A stretch of DNA of 63,911 nucleotides, filler included, from Chiloscyllium plagiosum (lineage: Eukaryota): assembly GCF_004010195.1 (NCBI RefSeq). It is 6 parts of one record of this genome, joined end to end, with 100 filler letters (N's around TTAATTAATTAA, not from the genome) between each part and the next. Parts side by side here need not be neighbours in the genome. Positions count along the whole stretch, not along the records: positions 6,862 to 14,762 come from NC_057712.1; positions 14,863 to 21,011 come from NC_057712.1; positions 21,112 to 50,078 come from NC_057712.1; 3 more parts are not named here. The stretch is one strand, 5' to 3'. The notes below the pieces were generated by a model, which searched no databases, had not been told where the DNA came from, and worked only from the letters and a program-made list of their open reading frames with translations. Made by a program: the position numbers and the translations under genes. Shown here piece by piece: positions 12,226-23,935 of the stretch; position 1 is the first letter of the stretch, and every line of letters starts with the position of its first letter.

Positions 12226-12440
12226 ATCATAGAGTCATACAGCACGGAAACAGACCCTTTGGTCCAACCCGTCCATGCTGACCATAATCCCAAACTAAAC
12301 TAGCCCCACCTGACTGTGGTTGGCACATAACCCTCCAAACCTTATTCATGTACTTATCTAAATGCCTTTTAATCACGTTAACTGTACCCACATTCACCAG
12401 TACCTTTGGGAGTTCATTCCACATATGAAATATTCTCTAT
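12226..12440 (-). mobile_element. CR1 LINE 3' end
   Basis: WNELP..KRHLDKYMN motif and CATAGAGTCATA tail. Confidence 0.85.
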
Positions 12441-12479
12441 GTGTCTTTTTACTTGAGTCACTTTTTCAAATGCTCAATT

Positions 12480-12790
12480 TTCCTGTCCTTATGCATGGGC
12501 ACTGGGAGTAAACATGAGATTATTGCTCAAGGTCCTACCTTTTAATTTCCTTCCCAACTCCAACTGAAACCTGTCTAAAGCCCTCATCCCTCTTCCAACG
12601 ACCTCAATGGCACAAATATGGGCAATGACTCAGAGCTGATTTCCCTCCTGCAGACAGATGTCCTGCAGCCGCCCCCTGATATTCCTCACCTTGACAGCTG
12701 GGTGGCAGCACTCCATCCTGGGGTCACATTTGCTGCCACAAAATGTCTGTCTGATCCCCTGAGCATGGAATCCTCTGCAGCTGCTCCCTG
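12480..12790 (-). mobile_element. CR1 ORF1 esterase (SGNH/GDSL-like) remnant
   Basis: Minus strand resembles DSMLRGSDRHF, matching the GDS-x-VRG-x-DR-x-FCG motif also present at about 20100-20150. Confidence 0.55.
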
Positions 12791-12885
12791 ATACCCTTGA
12801 CCTTGAGAGCCTCTGACTATGGAATCTACTGTGACTGTTACTCTTCCATTTTAATTTATCCCATCCTACACAGCTGATTCACCCA

Positions 12886-13490
12886 AGTGCCTTTATTGGT
12901 CAGTACATTGAGTACAGGAGTTGGGAGGTCATGTTGCGGCTGTACAGGACATTGGCTAGGCCTCATTTGGAATATTGTGTGCAGTTCTGGTGTCCCTCCT
13001 ATAGGAAGGATGTTGTGAAACTTGAAAAGATTCAGAAAAGATTTACAAGGATGTTGCCAGAGCTGGATGGTTTGAGCTATAGGGAGAGGCTAAATAGGCT
13101 GGAGCTGTTTTCATTGGAATGTTGGAGGCTGAGTGATGACCTTATAGAGGTTTATAAAATCATGAGAGGTGTAGATAAGATAAATCGACAAGGCCTTTTC
13201 CCTGAGGTAGGGGAGTCCAAAACTAGAGGGGATAGGTTTAGGGTGAGAGGGGCAACCTTTCACACAGAGGGTGGTGTGTGTATGGAATGAGCTGCCAGAG
13301 GAAGTGGTAGAGGCTGGTACAAGTACAGCATTTAAAACTCCTCTGGATGGGTATATGAATAAGAAGGATTTAGAGGGATATGGGCCAAGTGTTGGAAAAT
13401 GGGACTAGATTTATTTAGGATATCTGGTCAGTATGGACAAGTTGGATTGAAGGATCTCTTTCCATGCTGTACATGTGATTCTTTGACTCT
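12886..13490 (+). mobile_element. CR1 LINE 3' part
   Basis: ORF 12931-13290 MLRLYRTLARPHLEYCVQFWCPSYRKD; CR1 3' UTR. Confidence 0.92.
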
Positions 13491-13819
13491 AAGTAATTTG
13501 AGCTTGTCAGAAAAGTATATGCGATTTTATTTACATATAGACTGGAAAAATCAGATGTACAAAGGTGTTCTAGATGAGGAACCATAGAATATTTTCAGGT
13601 TAGTTTCTTGGAGCCAACCAGAGAGCAGGCTGTACTCGATCCAGGCTGTACTCGATCCAGGTATTGTTCAATATGAAGCGATTAATCAATGTCTCACAGT
13701 GAAAGTACCCGAGGTAGCAAATATCATAACACAGTTGATTTTACATTTAATTTGAGAGTGAAAAGAGTGGGTGTAAGATGGCTATTTTAAACTTAAGTTA
13801 GGGTAGTTAAGCAGAAATA

Positions 13820-14235
13820 GATTGGAGAACCTGAGATTGTTTTCACTGAAGCATAGGAGGTTGAGGGGTGACCTTGTAGAGGTTTATAACATCATGAGGG
13901 GCCTGGATAGGGTGAATGACAAGGGTCTTTTCCCTATGTTCAAAGCTAGGGGGCATGATTTTAAGGTGAGTGGAGAAAGATTTAAAAAGGACATGAGGAG
14001 CAAACGTTTTTATTCAAGAGAGTGGTTTGTATATGGAATGAACTTCCAGAGAAAGTGCTGGATACAGGTACAGTTGCAAAGTTTAAAAGACGTTTGGATA
14101 AGTTTATGAATAGGAAAGGTTTGAAGAGATATGGTAAAAATGCAGGCAGGTGGGACTAGTTTAGTTTGGGAACGTGGTCAGTGGGGACTAGTGGGACTGA
14201 AGGGTCTGTTTCCATGCGCTATGACTCTGACTCTA
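13820..14235 (+). mobile_element. CR1 LINE 3' end, preceded by older CR1 endonuclease-region remnant at about 13600-13820
   Basis: LFSLKHRRLRGDLVEVY; tail ATGACTCTGACTCT. Confidence 0.85.
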
Positions 14236-14345
14236 AATAACTCACTAGGTTAAGGAATAAACAAAGGACAAAGAAAATTACAGCAGGGGAACAGGCCCCT
14301 TGGTCCTCCAAGCCTCTACCAATCCAAATCCTCTATCCAAGCCTA

Positions 14346-14762
14346 CATAGAACATAGAACATAGAACATAGAAGAATACAGCGCAGTACAGGCCCTTTGG
14401 CCCTCGATGTTGCGCCGATCCAAGCCCAACTAACCTACACTAGCCCACTATCTTCCATATGCCTATCCAATGCCCGTTTAAATGCCCATAAAGAGGGAGA
14501 GTCCATCACTGCTACTGGCAGGGCATTCCATGAACTCACGACTCGCTGAGTAAAGAACCTACCCCTAACATCTGTCCTATACCTACCACCCCCTAATTTA
14601 AAGCTATGCCCCCTCGTAATAGCTGACTCCATACATGCAAAAAGGTTCTCACGGTCAACCCTATCTAAACCCCTAATCACCTTGTACACCTCTATCAAGT
14701 CACCCCAAACCTTCTTTTCTCCAATGAAAACAAAACCCAAATGCCTCAGCCTTTCCTCATAC
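14346..14762 (-). mobile_element. Young CR1 LINE 3' end
   Basis: ORF 14435-14740(-); (ACATAGA)n tail; truncated by the spacer. Confidence 0.92.
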
Positions 14763-14862
14763 NNNNNNNNNNNNNNNNNNNNNNNNNNNNNNNNNNNNNN
14801 NNNNNNTTAATTAATTAANNNNNNNNNNNNNNNNNNNNNNNNNNNNNNNNNNNNNNNNNNNN
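14763..14862. other. Artificial contig spacer
   Basis: 44N-TTAATTAATTAA-44N. Confidence 0.97.
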
Positions 14863-15286
14863 GGAAAATCGTATGAGGAGAGACTGAGGCACTTGGGGCT
14901 GTTTTCACTAGAGAAAAGAAGGTTTAGGGGTGACTTGATTGAGGTGTACAAGATGATTAGGGGGTTAGATAGGGTCGACAGTATGAACCTTTTCCCGCGT
15001 ATTGAGTCGGGTATTACAAGGGGGCATAGCTTTAAATTAAGGGGGGGTAGATATAGGACTGATGTTCGGGGTAGGTTCTTCACTCAGCGAGTCGTTAGTT
15101 CATGGAATGCCCTGCCAGTAACAGTGGTGGACTCTCCCTCTTTATGGGCATTTAAGAGGGCATTGGATAGGTATATGGAGGATAGTGGGTTAGTGTAGTT
15201 TAGGTGGGCTTGGATCGGCGCAACATCGAGGGCCCAAGGGCCTGTACTGCGCTGTATTCTTCTATGTTCTATGTTCTATGTTCTAT
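14863..15286 (+). mobile_element. Young CR1 LINE 3' end
   Basis: ORF 14893-15198; (TTCTATG)n tail; same subfamily as 14346-14762. Confidence 0.92.
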
Positions 15287-15404
15287 GTGCACACAGTTCA
15301 CAATTTCCCTTGTGAACACTTGGAGAAAGTCAATCAGAATAGAGTAGCATCTTCCCATCCTGCATTAACATAATTCAAGAACTGCTGATTTACTATTTTA
15401 AGTA

Positions 15405-15567
15405 ATTTCTCTTTATTCGTTCAACAGGATGAGGGTGTCACTGGCTCGGCATTTATTGCCCATTCCTAGTTGTTCAGAGGGCAGTTCAGAGTAAACCACA
15501 TTGCTCTGGGTGTAGAGTTGCATGTAGACCAGGCTGGGGAACGACAGTAGTTTCCTGCCTTAATAGG
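15405..15567 (-). mobile_element. 3' half of a tRNA-derived SINE, cut by the LTR insertion
   Basis: GCATTTATTGCCCAT tail motif and adjacent sequence match the reverse complement of the SINE at 24730-24990. Confidence 0.6.
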
Positions 15568-17015
15568 TGAAGGAGGTTAAGGAAGATAGGAGGGTGTAAA
15601 AGGGGAAAACGCAAGGAAAGGAGCTGAATACTGTAAAACATTGCACAAAATAAAAAAACAAGCTTGGACAGGCAGTAGAGTGTAGGGTTAAGAACGAATA
15701 CCCATCCATATATGACAATAGTTAGTGCAGCTTCAACAGTTTAACCACATAACCATAAAAAATACAGTCAACAGTTACTCAGGGTCCAGAGACCGTCTAT
15801 AGTACTCAAAATAACCAAACAGAATTACTCATAGAGTCATAGAGATGTACAGCATGGAAACAGACCCTTCGGTCCAACCCATCCATACCAACCAGATATC
15901 CCAACCCACTCTAGTACCACCTGCCAGCACCTGGCACATATCCCTCCAAACCCTTCCTATTGTTATACCCATCCAAATGCCTCTTAAATGTTACAATTGT
16001 ACCAGGCTCCACCACATCCTCTGGCTGCTCATTCCATACACGTACCACCCTCTGTGTGAAAAAGTTGCCCCGTAGGTCTCGTTTATATCTTTCCCCTCCA
16101 ACCCTAAACCTATGCCCTCGAGTTCTGGACTCCCCCACCCCAGGGAAAAGACTTTGCCTATTTACCCTATCCATGCCCCTCATAATTTTGTAAACCTCTA
16201 TAAGGTCACGCTCAGCCTCCGACGCTCCAGGAAAAACAGCTCCAGCCTGTTCAGCCTCTCCCTATTGCTCAAATCCTCCAACCCTGGCAACATCCTTCTG
16301 AACCCTTTCAAGTTTCACAACATCTTTCCGAAAGGAAGGAGACCAGAATTGCACGCAACATTCCAACAGAGCCGCAACATGACCTCCCAACTCCTGTACT
16401 CAATACTCTGACCAAAAAAGGAAAGCATGCCAAACGCCTTCTTCACTATCCTATCTACCTGTTACTCCACTTTCAAGGAGCTATGAACCTTCACTCCAAG
16501 GTCTCTTTTGTTCAGCAACATTCCCTAGGACCTTACCATTAAATGTATAAGTCCTGCTAAGATTTGCTTTCCCAAAATGCAGCACCACGCACTTATCTGA
16601 ATTAAACTCCACCTGCCATTTCTATGGAGAAGTTTGTGGGGCAGGAAATGGTGAGGACCGGTAAAACCATGAGATATACATAAACTAAAGTTCTGATAAA
16701 ATTGTAGGCTGCAGCATAAACCACAGAGATTGAGAGGCCCAAGATTAACAAGATACAAAACCACAACCTAAATGTGCAATATGATGAAAAGGGAATGATA
16801 GACACCTGATTGACACATGGTTTATACTGAAGTGATACTGCATATAACCACTGTGACACAAAATCTATAAATATGTTGCTTTGAGCTGTAAAGGGCAGAG
16901 TGTTTCCGAACTTGACTTGGAAGACCTCTCCCACCTGCATGTAGTACCAGCTTGAATAAACTTTCCTTGTCACAAGCTACTCAGGTCTGAAGACTCGATT
17001 TTTGAAAACCCTTCA
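15568..17015 (+). mobile_element. 5' LTR of a decayed ERV-like LTR retroelement, interrupted by a CR1 at 15829-16622
   Basis: Inverted termini TGAAGG(15568)...CCTTCA(17015); TATAAA 16866-16871; AATAAA 16955-16960; followed by TGGAGCATTGAGCC (PBS-like); homologous copy at 20242-20512. Confidence 0.68.
15829..16622 (-). mobile_element. CR1 LINE 3' part nested in the LTR
   Basis: ORF 15911-16183(-) MRGMDRVNRQSLFPGVGESRTRGHRF; CATAGAGTCATAGAG tail. Confidence 0.93.
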
Positions 17016-18045
17016 CCAATTGGAGCATTGAGCCACACTGGATGATGACCCCTGGGTGAGTATGCTTATTTTACCATCTGTAGTTACAGGAGATAATCAC
17101 GTGGTTGGTTACTGGATGCAAGTTGTGGTACCAAAGAATTACTGAAGGCTGTGTCGGACTGAGTAGAACAAAATAAGAAAATTGTGGTAATCTAGCTACA
17201 AGAGTGACAATCTCTCATATCCAGTAGAATACCTGGAAACCTAGGATGTAAAAGAAACGAATAAGGAAGGGAGAAGCCTTAGCCACATGAAAGGTAATGA
17301 GGTGACTTGGGAAGATGCAGGTTTACCAACAAAAGCAAAGGGATATCGATAAGAAGGATGATATTAAATGGGGAATTGTGCAGACTGTGGGACTATAGTA
17401 AGAAACTAATTGGCAAAATGATTGAAAGAGGGTAAAGCCCCTAGCCCCAAGCAAACAACCTCATGGATGGGACAGAAGAAAGACAAATATGAAAAGGGAC
17501 TAGTAAAATTGACAGCCTAGTAAGGGGTTAAATTAATCATTAGCTGAATACAGCACGTGTGGCTGCATTCAAACAGAATGAAACAAAACCACAAGAATGG
17601 ATGGTAGCAATTGCTTCTAGGGTAACGTCCACTAGTCCACTGGTAATGAAAGAATGGGAACTAGATGATACTCTCGACGATGATGACATTGACTGGAGTG
17701 GGTTGAATGACAAAGCATTCGCATACAGGCATCACAATGGGTTTGAACCCCCACCCTCCAGATGAGAGTCAGGGGAAACGGGATCCTATGGCACCTCTAA
17801 GGGATGGGCAGAAACATGGAGGGGGGCAGACCACTGTCATCATGGTCCAAGAGCTATTTAAGGCTAAAAAAAACATATTATTGAATGAATTGCCAATTGG
17901 GAATTGTGTGTGTGGAAAACTAGGGCATCTGCCCAGGAGTGTAGGAACAAGCCCGCAAATCAGGGATCCTTGAAGTGCAGGAATTGTCAGGCACATGAAG
18001 ACAAGAGGAAGGAGTGTTGAGAAAAAGCAGTCATCTCTTCAAATA
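17016..18045 (+). pseudogene. Leader and degenerate gag of LTR retroelement
   Basis: PBS-like site 17021-17034, splice donor G|GTGAGT at 17056, purine-rich broken ORFs, and zinc-knuckle remnant C-V-CGKLGHL-(frameshift)-ECR at about 17905-17945, with a second K-C..G-I-V-R-H-M-K remnant at about 17971-18000. Confidence 0.6.
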
Positions 18046-18046
18046 A

Positions 18047-20200
18047 TTCAAATTTGTAAGGCATGTCCTTCCCTTAACAAAGACACTCTGACTATCCCTG
18101 ACTAGTCCATGCCTCTCTGAGTACCAATTTATCATATCTCTCAGGATTGATTCAAACAATGTGCGCACCCCTGAAGATAAAATGGCCTATTATTTGTTGG
18201 CATTTCCTTTGAACCCTTTTTAAACAATAGAACATTTGCATTCCTCCAGTCCTCTGGCACCTCACCTGAGTTTAGTGAAGATTGGAAAAAAATCCTCAGA
18301 ACATCTGCTATTTCCATCTTCACCTCCTTCAATATCCTAACAAACAATTCATCCAGCCCTGAAGACTTATCCACGTTCAAAGATTCTAACTGCTGTAACA
18401 CTCCCTCTCTCGTTATGATTATTTTGTCCAATATTTTACACTGCCCCTCTTGGATTACTTTAATTACAATATCCCTTTCCTTTGTGAAAAATTCATTTCA
18501 AATTCTTCAGACATCCTCTGCATTTTCACACAAGTTCCCTTCTTCACCTTTGATATGTTCCACTCTTTCCTTTAAATAACCTTTTACACCTTATACATTG
18601 GTAAAACATCTTTGAGTTTTCCTTTACCTTGCATGCTAATTTTTTTTTCATACCCTCACTGTGATTTCCTCATTTAAACTTGATCCCACACTTTATATAC
18701 TTCTCTAGGCTATCTGCAGTGTTGAGTTTTTTGTGACTATTAGAAGCTTTCTTTGTTTGTTTAATGTTTCTTTGTACTCTTCCAGATAACCAGAGGAGTC
18801 TAGATTTAGCATTACCATTCTTATTTTTGAAGGTGACGTGTCTGCTTTGTGCCCTAAGGATATCACTATTTAGTACCTCCCAATGGTTTGCCACTCACTT
18901 ATCATTTAATCTCCTTATCTAGTCTATCTCAGCCATATCACTTCTCAGTTTTCTAAAATTTGCCTTCCCCCAACTTACTCTAATTTATGTGTGTCCTTTC
19001 CATAATATTAAAGTTAACTAAATTGTGGTCACTATCCCCGATATGAATGTCCACGTCACTTTACCCACTTCCCCATCTTCATTTCCCAAAGCTAAATCTA
19101 GAATTGCATCATCACCTCTTGTCACGTACTGTTTAAAAATATTTTCTGGACACGGTGGGAGTATGTAGTATACTCCTAGTAGTGTGATTACCCCTTTTTT
19201 ATTTCTAAGCTCAACCCATAAAACCTCACGAGTTAACCAGTTTAGGATTATTATTCCTTCTCACGCCTTTATTTGATTCTTTAACCAATACTGCCAAGCA
19301 CTCCCTTCTATTTTGTCACCCACTCTATCCTGCTTGAAAACCCTATCCAGGGTCATTGAGCGACCAATTTTGCCCCTCCTTTAGCCAGGTTTCTGTTATA
19401 GCAATGACATTGTATTGTGCTAACAACTCAAGGCAGGTATCTATGCCCTCAATTCATTTGCCTTGTTTGATATATTCCTTGCATTGAAGCTTAATTCCAT
19501 CAATTTCCTTTGCTGGACGCTAGTTAATGCTCGCTGCTTTTGTCTTTCCGAGTCGCTGGCCACATCACAAACTAATGTCCTATCTTCGATTTGCAGATCT
19601 GAATCTGACCCATCTGAGCCTATGCTTTATTCCTATTGCTCTGCCACGCTAGTTTAAAACCCCTCCAGCAAAACTAACAAAAGATCTTGCGAGGATATTT
19701 GTCCCATCTCTGCCCAGGTGCAATCTATCAGGCTTGTACAAGTCTCACCTTTCCCAGAAACAGTCCCAGTGCCTCAAGAATCTAAACACTCCATGGCACA
19801 CCATTTATCCAGCCCTGCAGTCATTTGATCTGTCCTCTTATTCTTGCTCTCACAGCACATGGCACAGGGACTAATCCTGAGATTACTACATTTGAGGTCC
19901 TGCATCTTAATTTATCACTTAACTTCCTATATTCAGTTTTCATGTCCTCATTCCTTTTGTTTACCTATAGCATTGGTACTTATGTATGAGACGACCGCTG
20001 GTTATTCGCTCTCTGCCCCTAGAATGTCCTGCAGCCGCTCCGTGACATTCCTGACCTGGCATCAGGGAGACTACATACAATCTTGGATTCACCTCTCTAG
20101 CCACAGAAGTGCCTGTCTGCACCCCTTACTATTTAATCCCCGATCACAATAGTCCTGCTGCTTATTTTCCTCCTCTTCAGTGCAGCAGAGCCACCTTCAA
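18047..20200 (-). mobile_element. Old CR1 LINE: ORF1 esterase, ORF2 endonuclease and RT start, degenerate
   Basis: LNVDKSSGLDELFVRILKE..GEVPEDWRNANV..FKKG (18141-18431); ORF1-type IGD*IVRGADRHFCG near 20100-20150. Confidence 0.85.
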
Positions 20201-20241
20201 TGCTATGAACTAATGTCGTTTTTCGAAGAGGCCACACACCT

Positions 20242-20512
20242 CCGTGAAAATGTGGAAAAAACACAAGCTGAAGTTCTTATAGAACCATAAGCTGCAGCAC
20301 AAACCACAGAGATTGAGAGGCCTAAGATTCACAAGACATGAAATTATAATCTAAGAATATATTATGAAAATAAGAGAATGACCGACACCTGATTAACACA
20401 TGGTTCATTCTGAAGCAATATTACAAGTAACCACTGTGACACAAAAATGTATATTTGTTATGAGCTGTAAACGGCAGAGTGTCTGAATTTGACTTGGAAG
20501 ACCTCCTGCATG
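20242..20512 (+). mobile_element. Partial second copy of the LTR (candidate 3' LTR)
   Basis: Collinear with about 16660-16941, sharing blocks GCTGCAGCAyAAACCACAGAGATTGAGAGGCCyAAGATT, GACACCTGATT, TAACCACTGTGACACAAAA, TTGACTTGGAAGACCTC; roughly three-quarters identical by eye. Confidence 0.8.
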
Positions 20513-21011
20513 CTCAGTGCTACAGTGGGCGCACAGAGAGGGGAGCAGGAAGGTAAGCGGAGACCAGTTTAAATTAACGTTTTTCTTTTCGCAGTCTGTT
20601 TTTTTTTCAACTAGGAGCGGGAACCCGGAAGTCATCAACAGAGGCTTCTGGGAAGGTAAGAGGTTTGAGTGGAGAAGGAACCCGAGACACTACACATGTA
20701 GTGTCTCCCACCCTCCCTCCTCCTCTAACCTTAAAAAAAGGACTCAGTCGGCTGAACAGGTAAGCTACTTAGTGTTCTTGTTTTGGAGACTAAGTGTAGA
20801 GTTATGGCAGCGCAGGCAGTGGAATGTTCCTCTTGCAGGATGTTTGAGGTAGGGGTGACCACTGATGCTCCTGCTGACTTCACCTGCAGGAAGTGCAGCC
20901 AGCTCCAGCTCCTCACAGACCGCGTTAGGGAACTGGAGCTGGAGTTGGATGAACTGAGGATTATTCGAGAGGCTGAGAGGGTGATAGATAGAAGCTACAG
21001 GGACATAGTTA
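20513..21011 (+). mobile_element. CR1 LINE 5' UTR and ORF1 N-terminus (ATG 20804)
   Basis: MAAQAVECSSCRMFEV..FTCRKCSQLQLLTDRVRELELELDELR: CxxC...CxxC zinc finger plus leucine zipper typical of CR1 ORF1p; open up to the spacer. Confidence 0.85.
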
Positions 21012-21111
21012 NNNNNNNNNNNNNNNNNNNNNNNNNNNNNNNNNNNNNNNNNNNNTTAATTAATTAANNNNNNNNNNNNNNNNNNNNNNNNNNNNNNNNN
21101 NNNNNNNNNNN
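21012..21111. other. Artificial contig spacer
   Basis: 44N-TTAATTAATTAA-44N. Confidence 0.97.
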
Positions 21112-21425
21112 CCCTAATTTTACTCACTAACCTCCTGTGTGGGACTTTATCAAAAGCTTTCTGAAAGTCCAGGTACACTACATCCACTGGATCTCCCTCG
21201 TCCATCTTCAGTTACATCCTCAAAAAATTCAAGAAGATTAGTCAAGCATGATTTCTCCTTCATAAACCCATGCTGACTCTGTCCTATCCTGTTACTACTA
21301 TCCAGATGTGCCATAATTTCATCCAGCATCTTTCCCACCACTGAGGTCAAACTAACTGGTCTATAATTTCCTGCTTTCTCTCTCCCACCTTTCTTAAAAA
21401 GTGGTATAACATTAGCCACCCTCAA
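21112..21425 (-). mobile_element. CR1 RT fragment
   Basis: ANVIPLFKKGGREKAGNYRPVSLTSVVGKML..QHGFMKEKSCLTNLLEFFEDVT. Confidence 0.92.
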
Positions 21426-23935
21426 TAATTTGTTCAAATGTTCTTTGCTTTTGTCTGGTTGAGGTGTTAGGAAGGCTGTTTACGTGCGGAATGTGACTCT
21501 TGATTCTTTGAGGCTTAAGCCAATTAGAATTTTAAAAGTGTGCTGTTAACAGATGAACATCTTGATTTAACATTCCCTAACTGCTCCATTAATTAAGTGA
21601 AATTAAACCACACTGAGCACAATGAATCAGGTTGTAACCAATGATTTAGATTTGCTGATATAGACATTCTTATCCAGCACAGTGGTGGATATTTTTAATC
21701 AATCTGTTCAGGAATGTTATGACTAATATCTGGAGCAGGTGGGATTGAACCCAGGCCTCCTGGCTCAGAGGTAGGAATACTGCCATTACGGTGCCACATT
21801 CTGAGACAGCACACTTCTAGGAGCACTCTAACAAGCTGCCTGTGTACTAGCTTCTGGTTACTAACCAGCAAACTCTAACAACGTATGCTTGGATATGATG
21901 GAATTAAATTTAAATCCAGTGCCCATGCTGTCAAATAGCCTACCGACAGTGGCTGAGTCTTTGGCAAAAACATGATCAGTTGGATGTCCAGAGAATAATA
22001 CTCTAGCACTTCTGGAGAGAAAGATAGAAAAGTCAAAAGGTTCAAAAAAAGTGAAGAAAATCACATTCTTGCGCAATTACCGTGGCGTTTTATGAAAATC
22101 ATATTTCAGTGTAATTATAGTGCTGATTTGCAAAGGTAAATCCAGATAAAGAAAACTTTACTAACCTGTGCAGATAATCTAGAATGCTACATGCCCATCA
22201 CTGCATTTCACTGTGTAAATAAGGTAAACTATTTGATTTAACTAGCCCATGGAAGACCATTCCAGGTTTAAAGACACCGTGCTTCCAGACATCCCGCATG
22301 CACTTGCCTTTTACTAATTTAGACTGATGTTCTCTTATACTCAACACTGATTGTGACAAAGTGCTCTGATTAACCTGTCCTGTTTAATTCCTATTATCAT
22401 CAGAAGTACACTGGAACAGGGCTTCTTTGTTCTGCCAGGGTAATCCTGCTGTGACCATATCCTTTTCACTTGGTTCAGTTTTGTTTTAATGTTGGTGTTG
22501 GACTTCTTGAAGAAAGAATGATGGTACAAATCATTAGGAAGAATAAAGAAATCCCAAATAAAGGTACTAATGGTCCTTCAAAACTATTACCTTACTACAG
22601 TCCTACAATGAATTGTAACGCTCAACATTAATTTAGGTCAATTAAATTTAAACTAAGGCAACTCATTGTCAAAAGTAAACCTGGAACCATGACATTAAAT
22701 AGGAAGACACATCATCGTACTTTTACATAGGTTGCTCTAAATATTAAAAAAAAAGTTCTGGTATTAGCAACATTTACCGCTATAAGCATCTGAAGATGAG
22801 AAATATGCAAAACAAGTCATGGTGCACAACAGCTTTTCTTTTCATTTTATGAACAACCATAAAAAAAACACACACTAGTATGGTACCTTGTTCCTTGAGT
22901 GGAAAAATGAATGAGGTAATATCCTGCCAATTTGCATTTGACAACATTATAATTGCTTGAATTATTACACCATGGAATAAAATGCTGTTTCCACAGAAAA
23001 AAAATTGTAAAATCTGTAACAAAGCCCAGAAACACATGCAGAATTACTCTTCATACAGTTACCTTCAAATCAATATTCTGGACTCTGGATGAGACTTGGA
23101 CTGTATTCAAATGCTCTGTCAGCTGGTATTTACTTTAGCTGCTCTACATGATAGGACTATGATTGTTAACCAATAGATCAACTGAACATCTTGCCATGGT
23201 GGCACCCTTTGTCATTGCAAAGTACTCTTCTTCAGATGAAGTAAAAATCCACAGGGAGATCTTGACAGCTGCACAAAACTCTGACTTGTCTCAATCCCTA
23301 TGGAGGAAAGTTTCCAATAATCTGGAAAGGTCTTTGACCCAGATCCTCTTGTTCCCTTGACTGTAGGAGCATGGTAAGCCAGACTTGAAAAGGGATATAA
23401 AAACAGATGCAAGCATTTTTTCTTAATTACAGTTTTCCCAAGCGAATTTATTTTAAAAGTTCTATTTACAGGAGTTCCTTTACTTTCACTGTTTAATATT
23501 TAAAGCAGTATGTCTGAAATCAATTCCAGTTGGAAAACATATTCACCCTTTTCAGAATATTTCTGTGATTATTATTCTAATGTCCATTGTAGTGAAGTAA
23601 TAGTCCCTGGCTTCCCCTTCCTCTAAAGGCTGTTATGTTGTAGTTAGCATGTAGTGCAATGAAGTTCATTTTCAGATTGTTGCAACAATCCCTGGCTCAA
23701 TCTTAAGGGCTACATATTTACAATAGAGTATAGGTACTTCTTTTTAAGATTTTTCTCAAAGCAAACAGATCTAATGGATTGAATCTTATGGTTTTTTTCC
23801 AGTGTCAGTTTCGTCAAGTTGCACGGAAGTTTTCTCTTTTGAGATCTCTCCCATGCACCTTAAACTTGCCGAACAGCACAATTCTATCTCCATTCTATTA
23901 CCCAGAACAACAACTCACTCGTCGGATGTCAGCTA

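Noticed and set aside
14346..15286. Apparent ~420-bp inverted repeat centred on the gap
   Set aside because: Two contigs each ending in the same young CR1 subfamily; adjacency is created by the spacer.
20705..20732. CTAACC resembling a telomerase RNA template
   Set aside because: Only six bases match, it lies in a CR1 5' UTR, and no pseudoknot or H/ACA features are evident.
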